DNA of 64,000 nt from Octopus sinensis (Eukaryota), in assembly GCF_006345805.1 (NCBI RefSeq), contig NC_043009.1, positions 71,672,001 to 71,736,000 of the forward strand, written 5' to 3'. The position numbers and the translations under genes are program-made. The notes beneath the pieces were generated by a model. The model was not told where the DNA came from and did no database searches. It saw only the letters and a list, made by a program, of their open reading frames with translations. How positions within the stretch are numbered: position 1 is the stretch's first letter; every line of letters begins with the position of its first letter. Shown piece after piece: positions 51,700 to 64,000 of this stretch.

Positions 51700-52885
51700 T
51701 TAGAATAATTAGTCCATCAAGGTTAATTTAGATACTTCAAGGAAGGATCGTTTGATGATTGTTAGCTGATAATGGACACAATTACTATGCCTAGGGATCT
51801 TAGCTGCCCATATAACTGCAGGAATGAAATCGACTTCAGAGGTGCAAATATGCACAATTTTCTTATTCCAGTTCAAGCTAGGCCGAAAAGCTGCTGAAAC
51901 AGCTCATGATATCAATGATGCGTTTGGCCCAGGAACCACTAATGAACGTACAGCACAATGGTGGTTCAAGAAATTTTATAGCAGTGATGAGAATCTTGAA
52001 GATGATAAGCATAGTGGTCAGCCATTGGATGTTGATCAACTAAGAGCCTTAGTGGAAGCCAATCCATGCACAACTGTTCGAGAGCTTGCTTCTGAATTAG
52101 ACGTAATGTATACAACATTTTCCAACCACTTGAAAGAGATTGGAAAAACAAAAATACTTGAGAAATGGGAGCCGCATAAACTGAATGGCAACCAAAAAAA
52201 AAAATGACGTTTTGAAGTGTCGTCTTCTTTTATGCAACAAGAACAACCCGTTTCTTGACCGGATTGTGACTTGTGATGAAAAGTGGATTCTTTACAACTG
52301 GCAATGCTCAGCTCAGTGGTTGGATGCTGACAAAGCTCCACAGCACTTCCCGGAGCCAAAGTTGCACCAAAAGAAGGTCATGGTGATCTGTGGCTGGTCT
52401 CATCCAGCACAGCTTTTTGGATCCAGGTGAAACCATTACAGCAGAGAAGTACCGTCAGCAAATGGATGAAATGCATAAGAAACTCTGACAACAACAGCCA
52501 GCATTGGTCAAGGACCAATTCTTCTCCACGACAACGCTCAGCCACACGTCACACAACTGACCCTGCAGAAGTTGAACGAATTGGACAACGAAACTCTGCC
52601 TCATCCGCCATACTCACCAGACCTCTCGCCTACCGACTACCACTTTTTCAAGCATCTCGACAATTTCTTGCGTGAGAAATGCTTAAAAAACCAAGACGAT
52701 GCCAAGTATGCCTTCAACGACTTCATCGCCACCAGAATGCAGGATTTTTTGCTACTAGCATAAATAAACTTGTTTCGCCTTGATTCTGATGGAGTTTATT
52801 TCGCTTAATAAAGATTTGTTTGAGCTGAGATATGTACATCTGAATTTAAAGGTTAAAAACCTCAAGAAATTTCTTGACAACCTAA
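51700..52885 (+). mobile_element. Mariner (DD34D) transposon remnant
   Basis: HTH (LGRKAAETAHDINDAFG..ERTAQWWFKKF), IVTCDEKW, LLHDNAQPH, PPYSPDLSPTDYHFF across frameshifts. Right TIR ..ttcttgacaacctaa followed by TA. Confidence 0.9.
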
Positions 52886-53095
52886 TATATTTGTACACCA
52901 ATCAAAATGGTAAAGTAATGCTTCAAATTAGTCCAAAAATGTTTCTAAACACATTGTTTTGCATGATAAAGTTTGTCATGGGAATCTTCATAGCATTTTC
53001 ATTGTCCCCTCCAACCATTTTAAGGGTTGCACTTGCACCCCACACGACCTCTCTTCCTCTGCTTATGGCTGTCTGCAAGCAAAGACTAGACCTAA

Positions 53096-53188
53096 ATATT
53101 TAATTTTCTTGCCTACAGTATTCCATATATTTAATTTTCTTGCCTACAGTATTCCATATATTTAATTTTCTTGCCTACAGTATTCCAT
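53096..53188. repeat. 3 x 31-bp tandem repeat
   Basis: Unit atatttaattttcttgcctacagtattccat. Confidence 0.9.
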
Positions 53189-54182
53189 AGATTATCCTCT
53201 AACTTAACCCCACAAATAATGTCAGATATTTAGCCAAGGGCCCCACTGATTAAACCAGTTCTCTGCTCAATGCTACTATTACAATATTAATAGTAAATTT
53301 TCAAGAAATCACCTTACAAAATAGAATGAATATCATTCAACATTAATGGTTTACTCTCCACAAAAACGAAATCCAGTAGAAGGAAGTTTGGGTCCATTTC
53401 AAAATAAATATAAAAATATTTACTTTTTAAATTTATACATTTAATTCAGGAAGTAACTACTATAAAATACAGATTAAATTTCAGTGGTATTTTTTGAGAA
53501 GAAAAAAGGAAAAGATAGTATCACAACTAAGGAGACTTCTACACAGCTATTTGACATGCTAAAAATAGCAGTCAAATTCACACCCGACAGTCTTTAAAAA
53601 ATGAAGGAGGCGAATGTAATCTTTGACATGCAAAACTGGGATGGTCATGGTTAGAATGCCATTGATCACAAGTCTGCCTACTCAGATCTCACTGACCTGG
53701 GGTTAAAATCCTAACAACAACTTCCAGTTAATATTTTAATGGCTTGCTTCTTACCCATGCTGTTATTTGAAAAGTTTTCATATTAGAAGAATCACAGTTA
53801 AAGAGAATGGGAGGAGAGAGAGGGGAGGAAAGAGAGAGAGAAAGAAAAGCAGAGAGAGAGAGCAGGTTGTGGAAGGTGTTAGGTGTTCTGGATTGTGAGG
53901 CAGTTTAGGAGGTAGTGTAAGCTTATGAAAGGAAGAAGAAAGAAAAAGCACTTAAAGGGTGTGAATGCATTTGGAATGATCAGCAAGAAGGCCTAAGATG
54001 TCTGTCAGAAGAGGCTACAGGCTTGTCAACCAGGTTGTAATCAATGACTACTCTAGCTACATTGTACTCAGATGTGAGGAGGGTAAAGGAGATGACTTCA
54101 ACACAGGGAAGTACGGTGGGTGGTGGGGGGGGGGGGGGTCAGTATCAAATTGCTGGACCTGGTCATAGTAAGAGTTAGAGCC

Positions 54183-55081
54183 AAATTGGTTTGAGAAAGT
54201 TGTCCAAGATGCAATGTAAGTTGGGTTTTTTATCAAGGAAACACACAACTGATGCCATCTTCTTGGTAAGGCAGCTGCAGGGGGAGTATTTTGCTAAGAG
54301 TCAAGTTGTTGTATGAAGCATTTATGGTCTCAAAGATAGCTTTTGACAGAGTCCCTTGCTTAGAGATCAGGTTGTCAGTGAAGAAGCTTTGTAAGAGCCA
54401 GCAAGCTGTGTAGAAGGGTGCTGTCAGCTATGAGTACAGGAACCAGTTTAGTGAGTGGGAAGGAGGCCATCAAAGTTCATTGCTCAGTTCTTTTCTATTT
54501 ATCATTGTGTTGATGGTTTTTATAGTGGAATTTGTATGAAAATTAAAGACGAAATTCCTGTCATGGAAGCAAAAATCTGGAATCAAAGGGCCTCAGTGTT
54601 AAGTCAGCAAAGACTAAAGTATCAATCAGTAGGAAAACAGACATCTCCCTACAGCTATCAAGGTCCCTGCTGCCATCAAGGTCCCTGCTTCTGTTATTTA
54701 AGTGATCTAATTAGCAGTGGTTGAAGATGTTCTGAAAGTAACCCAAGTAAGAACTGACTGCAACAATTACCTCTCTTCATAACAAAAGAATTCTTTCTCA
54801 AAGGGAAAAGCAAATTCTATGATGATTGCATATTTTTTATTTCTATCTTTTACTTATTTCACTCACTGGATAGTGGCCATGCTGGGGCTCCACCTTGAAA
54901 AATTTTTGGCAAAGGAATTGGCCCCAGTATTTTTTTAAGCCTTGAAATTATTCTAACAGTCACTTTTTAGAGGAATGTAAACACACACTAGCACCAATTG
55001 TCACATGGTGGTGTCGGGGACAAACACACACACACACATGTGTGCACGCACACCCACAGTGCTAGATTAACCATTAAGCAA
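54183..55081. repeat. Donor copy of 899-bp local duplication
   Basis: Appears identical by eye to 60769-61667; the ORF track gives identical peptides for both. Confidence 0.9.
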
Positions 55082-55484
55082 AATAAGCACATGCTTAGGG
55101 CATCAAGGGAAGGAGAGGGAACCACAGAAATGGTAAATGGTTTAATGCACAAAAGAAATCACTTCAAACTTGCTAAAATAATATTTGAGATGCCTTTATC
55201 TCTATTAAGTATAGATGCAGATGTGTTACCTAAGATTAACTTTGAGGATCTCATCAAAGACTTTGCAATTAAAAGAAGTAGGAGGAAACTTTTCAAATAT
55301 AAATAAAAATTGGAAGTATACAAAAATAAACATTATTTTCCCTCTTACAGTTTTGTTTCGTTTTGAAAAATAAAAATTTATTTTATGGTTTTTTATTGTT
55401 TATATTTTGAATCACATAATCTTTTATGGAGGTACCAAAATCTTTTATGTGTTTAGGGCCTCGATGGATCTTAATCCGGCCCTG
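55057..55484 (+). mobile_element. Non-autonomous hAT element inserted in the (CA)n of a SINE
   Basis: TIRs cagtgctagattaa / ttaatccggccctg. Encodes an hAT dimerisation-domain-like tail LSLLSIDADVL..INFEDLIKDFAIKRSRRK. Confidence 0.75.
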
Positions 55485-58417
55485 TACACACACACACACA
55501 CATGATGGACTTCTTTCAGTTTCTGTGCATTAAATCGGCTCACAAGGTTTTGATTGACACAAGACTATAGTAGAAGATACTTGCTCAAGGTGCCATGCAT
55601 TGGGACTGAAACCAGAACCATGTGATTCGGAAGTAAATTGTTTACCTCACAGCCACGCCTGCTCCCTATGAACTGCAATGCTAGATGAGGGTGAAATGTG
55701 ATCACTGGATGTGCGACGTAAGTGTCTAAATGTGTTGAAAGAAAAACTAGGTGTAAGAAAAATCAGATGCAAAGTGCAACAGAGAGACTGTGTTGGTTTG
55801 AGCATGGGATGTGTATTGATGACGATAAAAAAAGGTGCTGACTGCTTACAGCAGCTGGAACCTGTGGATGATGAAGACCCAGGAAGGCATTGGATGATGT
55901 GGTGAAGGTTGATCTCAAGAGGTTGATCCTCACAGAAGAGATGGCAATGAACCAAAGCGGCTGTTACAATTTGAATACCTTGAGATGATCTACTGGCTTG
56001 TTGGTTACTTTCACCTGGTAGAATTCCTTGGAAACAGTAGAAACCAAGAACTTCCCCGCATTTATATTTTTTTGCTTCTTAACTACTAGCACTCTATGCA
56101 GAAAAAGAAAAGAAAAAAAAAAAGGCGGAAAGAAAATGCATAGTCCATAAAATTCTTCCAGACCATAACTATTTTCTATATTTAAGAAATGTTTTACTTC
56201 ATAAAATGTGTAACTAATGCATCCTTGGATAAGTCATGCTGATGATTTCTAAAAAGAATAAAATAGTACTACACACAATCACTATTGACTAGGAATTTTA
56301 AGAACTTCATAATAAGTCAGCAAAGAAGTTGAATGTCAGTTCTATGCACCCTTTTCTTTATAATTCCTTATTTTCAATTCCAAATTTCTGATCCCACCAA
56401 ATATTAAGAAAAAATAATTATTTCACATGTAATAACTGTCATCCAGGGAATAATGTGTATGCATATGTATGTGTATGTATGTGTGCATACATATAGACAT
56501 ATATACATACATATACTCATATGCATTACATATAGCTAAACACATATATATATACATATTTATAAATTTGTATGTATGTATGTATATATATACATACACA
56601 CACACACATATACATGTATATATATATATATATATATGTGAGTGTATATATATATATATATACTCATACATATCTATATGTATATGTATGCATATATGTC
56701 ATCATCATCGTTTAACGTCTGTTTCCCATGCTAGCACGGGTTATATATATATATATAGTTATATAAATTTTTGATATGTTTTTTTAAGAAAAATTGCTTG
56801 GAATGTTATATTTAATCTTTCTATTTTATAATTTCATATTTGATTTTAATACATCAATTATGTTTTTATTTATTTGTATATAAATTATCATTGTTTCTCA
56901 TATCGTTTATTGCCTACTAACAATAGTAATGATAATAACAACAACAAACAGTAATGATATTAATAAAGGACAGCTCCTAGAATCTCGATGTTTTTCTGAC
57001 AAAATCATATTTTTAAAAGCCTATATTTAGACGTTCACATCTGTCCTATATTTCCAAACAGTTGTGCGTAGAATGTGTGTATTCTTTGCCAGGGTGTTTA
57101 TTTACACAGCTTCACAAATGTTTGCCTCCCCACCACCCCACACTCACAAAAAAGTGAACATTCGTAATTGTATTTATGTCTGTGTGTCCTTCTCCAAGAT
57201 ATTTTATTTGTCACCATCTACTCCATCCTTACTGCCTTCCTTTTCTCTATACTTTCGGGGGGGGGGGGAGTTTTAGATGCTGGAGTGCAGCCATGATCAA
57301 GTGGTTGTGGAGTTTGTTTTTTCTCTCACATGCTTCTCGCTTGGGCCCACAGTAGTGTAGGATCTTAAGCAAGTTTATTTATTCTACTGATGTCACAGAT
57401 CAAAAATACTTGGTCAATGAAATGTGCTAGAAGGAAACAGTACAGAAAGTTGTTGTTGTTGTGTGTGTGTGTGTGTGTGTGTGTGTACATATCTTTTTCC
57501 AAAATTTATTAGTGAAAAAATGTAGAAATTGGTGAGAAAACTGATAAACTGGTGCATTCAAACAAAAATACCTGGTGGTATTTATTTCACACTAATTATA
57601 CAGACTGTCTTTTTTGTAACTCTCACCATCAGAACTTAATTAAGCATTGAGTAGCATACTGGAAACGTTTAGAAGGTGATATTATTGTTTATAAAATGAA
57701 TGAAACAAAAATAATAAATAAAATAATGTTTTTGTTTTTTTTTATTTATGAAAGTGAAAGTTTAGGATGGAAACCACTTTTTCTTGCACAAAGAGAAAAA
57801 GAAGCAAACTGTTATTAGACATTTCTATCACCGGAGACAGGAAGAATCAACAGTGCTGGGATATGAACCTGACATCTATCAGTAGCCAGGTGATTACACC
57901 ACACCTGCAAGTACCTCTTCTCAAATTAGGTACCTTTGAAATGTTTCAGCCTTTACTGAGCATCTCTGATTGATTGACTGGTACCACATCAGTATGCACC
58001 ATTTACTACCCCTACTGACGCTCCTTTTCCCCTTCCTTTTCTTTCCATGTGCAAGCCCTGTCTAAGACCATCCCCAGTCTCACTCTGGTACAAGACTGGT
58101 GCAGTCCTGCACCCATAGCCTCTCACCACATCATGCTTTTGGGGTGGTCAGTCAGCCATGCCCGCTTACCGCTTCAGTGCTCACAGTTGTCACCCCAGTT
58201 GTATCCCCTTTCTAAGCAGTCCTCACAGCTGGGTCCACATTGCCAATCCCAAAGGATCATCTTCAGTACACTAGATTCCATCATGTCATTATTGTCCTCA
58301 GTAAGGTCAATAACCAAATGAGGCTGGTTGTCTGCTACTGGACAGGACAGGACACCTACAGTTTGCCTCCAATTATGGACCCTATTAATGTCTCTTTAGA
58401 TTTTGCTTGTTGTTTTA

Positions 58418-58790
58418 GTCTTTTACTTGTTTCAGTCACTTGACTGTGGCCATACTGGAGCACCGCTTTTAGTCGAACAAATCGAACCCGGGACTTATTC
58501 TTTGTAAGCCTAGTACTTATCCTATCAGTAGCTTTTGCCGAACTGCTAGGTTACGGGGACATAAACACACCAACTTTGGTTGTCAAGCAATGGTGGGGAG
58601 ACAAACAGACATGCACACATGCACACACACACACACACACATATGACGGGCTTCTTCCAGTTTCCATCAACCAAATTCACTCTGCCCGAGGCTAAAGTTG
58701 AAGACACTTGCCCATGATGGCATGCAGTGGAACCAAACCCAGAACCATGTGGTTGGTGAGCAAGCTACTTACCACACAGCCATTCCTGCT
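58418..58790 (-). mobile_element. tRNA-derived SINE with internal (CA)n
   Basis: Head tggctgtgtggtaag..ggtt; 3' body ..tgctccagtatggccacagtca..gactgaaacaagtaaaaga. Related copies at ~15437-15640, 16650-16980, 28505-28655, 39770-40032, 41245-41860 and 54843-55665. Confidence 0.8.
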
Positions 58791-59073
58791 TGTTGTTTTT
58801 AATTGTATTTAAAGAGCAAAAGGTAAACTGTAATATTTACAAGTTACTAACCTTACAAGATTACAATAAACAAGACAAACCATTCTACAAATGTCCAAAA
58901 CAACAAGTTATCCAACTTCATTTTGATATAATTAACATAAAAGGACTCCATGAATCACATTATGAATTAACATCTAAAATGTTACTATGCATATATATGT
59001 GTGTGTGTGTGTGTGTGCCGTTGCCGATTTTTTTTCCTCTGTTTTCCCTTCTCTGGATCTTTCCTTCTCCTAT

Positions 59074-59108
59074 GTTTCCGACAAAGAGCTCCGCTCGAAA
59101 CGTTAAAC
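59074..59108 (+). pseudogene. Degenerate minimal hammerhead in a Penelope-like LTR fragment (~59018-59195)
   Basis: gttt-CCGACAA-a-gagc(tcc)gctc-GAAA-cgtt-aaac. Two changes from CTGANGA. Confidence 0.5.
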
Positions 59109-59244
59109 CCTCCTTCTTTCCTGAGCGTCCAATAATACTACATTTGTTCCCCATCCTCACATTGTTGTTTTTTTGTGCTTCCTTGTTTGGATTAACTATA
59201 TATATATATGTATATATATATATGTGTGTGTATATATATATATG

Positions 59245-59294
<50 letters not shown>

Positions 59295-59844
59295 ATTAAT
59301 CAGCCGAAATTACTACGATGATCCGGTTCTTGACTGAAGACTGAGGGCTTCGAATGTCCTGTCTGTGTTTGTTGTATCGTCTTCTAAGTTTTTATGCGTT
59401 CTTGTCTCAGTTTGTATTTTTCTACATATCATTATATATATATACATACATACATGCAAGTGTGTGTGTGTGTGTGTGTATATATACATATGTGTATATA
59501 TATATATATATATATCATCATCATCATTGTTTAACATCCTCTTTCCCTGCTGGCATCGGTTGGACGGTTTAACAGGGGACTGGCAAGCCAGGAGGCCTCA
59601 CCAGCCTCCAATCTGATCTGGCAGTGTTTCTACAGCTGGATGCCCTTCCTAATGCCAACCACTCAGAGTGTGTAGTGGGTGCTTTTTATGTGCCCCCACC
59701 TCAGGATCCAGTCAGGCAGCACTGGCATCAGCCGAATGTAGTAGAGTACAGTATAAAGCTCGTCTACCTGCGTGGAAACAATTGTAGGGTTTAAAAAATA
59801 AATGTCCAGCCATACCCTATACTGTTAACTCCAATTTTTTCAGT

Positions 59845-59902
<58 letters not shown>

Positions 59903-59974
59903 AAGAGAAAGAGAGAGAGAGATGTATAGAAATATATACATACGTGTGGCTTAGTGGTTAGGACATTCGGCTCA

Positions 59975-61970
59975 CATTCATCTTTTTTGTTTACAACTTC
60001 TTCCCACCGTTCAACAAGACTTTCTATACCTACTTGGCAGAAATCATCTGAGTGCAGCTCAAAAAATTAATCCAGCCAAGCTCTCAATTCTACATCAGTA
60101 TTGAACAAAACTCCATGCATAGTATTTGAAAGAGATCGAAAGAGGTGGAAATCCTTTCCTGCCAAATCAGGAGAGTACGGCGGATGTGGCAGTACATCCC
60201 ACCCATGCGTTTGAATGGCTTCCTTGGTCATATTGGTGATATGAGGGTGGGCGATGTCGTGCAGCAGAAGATCTCGATGCTGCCGATTGGGTCTTTTCTC
60301 TTGAATAGCCATGTTGAGTTGTTCCATCTGTTGAACATAGAGTTCCACATTGACCATTTGGTTCCATTCAAGCAATTCGTAATGGATAATCCCTTCCCAG
60401 TCTCACCATATGCACAACAGCGTTTTACGCGGATGAAGATCTTGTTTCATGTACGGTGTCGCTTGTTTACCGGGGCTAAGCCATTCCTTACACTGCTTCA
60501 TATTGATGTACGGGCACCATTTTCCATTGCCAGTAATGGTTCAGTAAAGAAATCATTGCTTGTGTCCATGAGTTGAGTGGTGACGAGCAAGCAGACCAGC
60601 GGAGATTGTGGCTCGTTGATTTTTGTTGTTGTCACATAAAGCATGCAAAATCCATGCTCCATACTTTTGAACCTTTCCCACTGAGTAATGATACTTCTCT
60701 ATAGCAGTGTGGGAGCATTCCATTTTCTTTGCCAGTTCCCTTATCGTTTGACAAGAATTTTTGTGCAAAAATTGGTTTGAGAAAGTTGTCCAAGATGCAA
60801 TGTAAGTTGGGTTTTTTATCAAGGAAACACACAACTGATGCCATCTTCTTGGTAAGGCAGCTGCAGGGGGAGTATTTTGCTAAGAGTCAAGTTGTTGTAT
60901 GAAGCATTTATGGTCTCAAAGATAGCTTTTGACAGAGTCCCTTGCTTAGAGATCAGGTTGTCAGTGAAGAAGCTTTGTAAGAGCCAGCAAGCTGTGTAGA
61001 AGGGTGCTGTCAGCTATGAGTACAGGAACCAGTTTAGTGAGTGGGAAGGAGGCCATCAAAGTTCATTGCTCAGTTCTTTTCTATTTATCATTGTGTTGAT
61101 GGTTTTTATAGTGGAATTTGTATGAAAATTAAAGACGAAATTCCTGTCATGGAAGCAAAAATCTGGAATCAAAGGGCCTCAGTGTTAAGTCAGCAAAGAC
61201 TAAAGTATCAATCAGTAGGAAAACAGACATCTCCCTACAGCTATCAAGGTCCCTGCTGCCATCAAGGTCCCTGCTTCTGTTATTTAAGTGATCTAATTAG
61301 CAGTGGTTGAAGATGTTCTGAAAGTAACCCAAGTAAGAACTGACTGCAACAATTACCTCTCTTCATAACAAAAGAATTCTTTCTCAAAGGGAAAAGCAAA
61401 TTCTATGATGATTGCATATTTTTTATTTCTATCTTTTACTTATTTCACTCACTGGATAGTGGCCATGCTGGGGCTCCACCTTGAAAAATTTTTGGCAAAG
61501 GAATTGGCCCCAGTATTTTTTTAAGCCTTGAAATTATTCTAACAGTCACTTTTTAGAGGAATGTAAACACACACTAGCACCAATTGTCACATGGTGGTGT
61601 CGGGGACAAACACACACACACACATGTGTGCACGCACACCCACAGTGCTAGATTAACCATTAAGCAACGAGGTGTGTCTTTGAAGTCAAGATTTCCATTT
61701 TTGATCTTGGCATACCAATCATGAGCACCTCCATGCACAGCACAAATGTTGCGAGCAGCTTTTGTGGCCTTAGAACTTTGATTAAAAGCAAAAAGAAGGT
61801 GTCAAAAATGCTAATTTTCCTCAACTTGACATTCCATTTTAATGATCTGGAAATAAACAAAAGTTAACTAGAAAAAAAAAATAGATTCCAAAATGATTCA
61901 AAAACAAAATTCTCGTAAAAAATAGATTCCAAAATTTAAAAGAACGGTGGGAACTTAGTTGCCAACCCAA
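59975..61970 (-). mobile_element. Mariner transposon remnant interrupted by an 899-bp duplicated segment
   Basis: LLLHDIAHPH, PPYSPDLAGKDFHLF and WILHAL motifs on the minus strand. TIR ttgggttggcaactaagttccc at 61949-61970 followed by TA. Confidence 0.88.
60769..61667. repeat. Inserted copy of 899-bp local duplication
   Basis: Same sequence as 54183-55081; splits the mariner transposase. Confidence 0.9.
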
Positions 61971-62356
61971 TAGATGGGCAGAGAAGAAGGTCTTTAAATG
62001 TCCAACACTAATCAACAGAAAGGATTCTACTCATATGATGAACCCCTTAAATTATTCATTGCTACACAACGTTCCATGCGACTGTGTATAACTAAGCAGA
62101 GTAATATAACTATTTCACCTGAAAAAACAAGATTTTTTGAAATGTTTTACAAAATATTATCACAAAAACGAATTCTATAGAGGAAGCCATAATAAAGTCA
62201 TTGTATCTGATTGATTTACTGATCTTATAACAGTAAACCGATCAGAAGTTTTATAGAATATTAGACATTTACAATATCTCGACTGTTCACATTTTATAAC
62301 TCAATTTCTGTCTCTTTTCACACGAAAATCAATGGCTGATGCTTGGTTGCCAATAG

Positions 62357-62405
<49 letters not shown>

Positions 62406-62474
62406 AACAGACCTCATTTGTTAATTTTTTTCATAAATATATTATTATACATTATATTATACATTATATTATAA

Positions 62475-64000
62475 ACTGCTAAGGGCCACTGACCAGATCT
62501 GTGGATGGTGCAAAATCCCCTCTCGACCCAAGGTAATGTGGTGGTGGAACAATGTGGTTGACAGGGCTATTAGACAAAAGAAACAGGCTTGGAAGAACTG
62601 GAAGAATGAAGGTAGCAGGGAATTGTATCAGACTGCCAAAAGAAAAGTTAGGAGACAGGTCTATTTAGCCAGAGGGGAAGCAGATAAGAAGAAATTTGCC
62701 AATGTTCTGCGCCGTGAGGACCAAAGACTTGAGGTGTTTCGTGTTGCAAGACAGTGTGTGAGAGAGAATTGTGATGTCGTAGATGAGAAATGTGTCCGTA
62801 TGGATGATGGTTCACTTGCACTAAACGAGGCTGTAAAGAGAGAGGTTTGGAGATGCCACTATGAAAGGTTGCTCAATAAAGAAAATGAATGGGAGAAAGA
62901 GAGTCTGCCGAATGTCGACCCAACAGAGGGACCAGCTATCTGAGTTGACAGTACCTTGGTAGATAAAGCAATCAAGAGTATGAATGCAGGGAAAGCCCCA
63001 GGCCCATCAGGAATCACTACAGAGATGCTCAAAATATCTGGCAGTGTTGGCTATACCCTAGTCACCCATAAAGTTAACCAGGTGATACAAGAAGGAGTCA
63101 TATCCAATGACTAGAGTACCAGCACCATAGTCAACTGCTACAAAGGTGAAGGTGATGCTTTAGATATAAATAATTACAGAGGTATCAAGTTGTTGGATCA
63201 GGTAATGACGGTCACGCAGAGGGTCATAGCCCAACTAATTAGAGAGAGAGTCAGTTTAGATGAGATGCAGTTTGGGTTTGTGCCAGGGAAAAGCACCACT
63301 GATGCTATATTTCTGGTAAAACAGCTGCAGGAGAAATACCTAGCCAAAGATAAACTTCTGTACCTGGCTTTCGTTGACTTGGAGAAAGCCTTTGACAGGG
63401 TCCCCCGATCCCTTATCTGGTGGTCAATGAGGAAACTAGGGATAGATGAATGGTTAGTGAGAGCTGTGCGAGCCATGTACAGGGATGCCATCAGTAAAGT
63501 GAGGGTTGGCAACAAGTACAGTGAAGAATTCTAGGTAGAGGTAGGGGTCCACCAAGGTTCAGTCTTCAGCCCCTCCTATTTATCATAGTTCTCCAGGCAA
63601 TAACAGAGGAATTCAAGACAGGATGCAACTGGGAGCTCCTCTATGCTGATGACCTTGCTCTAATTGCTGAGTCACTTTCAGAACTAGAGGAGAAGTTTCA
63701 GGTGTGGAAGTGAGGATTAGAATCGAAGGGCCTTAGAGTCAACCTAGCTAAAACCAAAGTCCTAATAAGTAGGAAGGTAGACAAACCACAAACCCCTTCA
63801 GGTAGATGGCCCTGCTCAATCTGTAGAAAAGGCGTAGGTAGAAACTCTATAAGATGTACCCAGTGTAAGCTATGGACACATAAGAGGTACAGCAATGTCA
63901 AAGGAAGGCTAACTGGGAAGATAGTTTGTGTATGTGGCAGACGCTCAAGAGCAATAAATACTGAAAATGTGCAGAGAACAACTTCCGCCACATTCCAGGG
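62475..64000 (+). mobile_element. RTE-clade LINE, degenerate RT region (runs off the window)
   Basis: WWWNNVV.., GKAPGPSG, NYRGIKL, QFGFVPGKSTTDAIF, DLEKAFDRVPR, GVHQGSV, LLYADDL; several in-frame stops. Confidence 0.92.

Noticed and set aside
57770-57870. LLLDISITGD resembling a Dong endonuclease piece after an AAT-rich tract
   Set aside because: Too short and degenerate to call.
59330-59362. CTGAAGA possible hammerhead core
   Set aside because: No matching GAAA or consistent stems.

Overview
Eukaryotic, AT-rich DNA packed with microsatellites and almost entirely made of interspersed repeats. The repeat set (tRNA-head SINEs with internal (CA)/(TA) tracts, (GAT)n-tailed RTE LINEs, Dong/R4 LINEs, Penelope-like LTR fragments, mariners) looks like an Octopus/cephalopod genome; this is an inference. 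I could not confidently identify a host gene, and most ORFs in the track are translated microsatellites. Main content: (1) At least four distinct Dong/R4-clade (RT + CCHC + restriction-like endonuclease) retrotransposon families stacked in (TAA)n microsatellites at 17.3-24.8 kb and 31.3-35.0 kb. One copy is near full length with an open 1198-codon frame. The families share a covarying 3'UTR hairpin, and a 559-bp non-coding element uses the same target. (2) A parallel set of Penelope-like fragments in (TA)n tracts that carry hammerhead ribozymes, including a ~305-bp-arm near-perfect foldback with a 14-bp TSD. (3) An apparently exact 899-bp local duplication inserted into a mariner.
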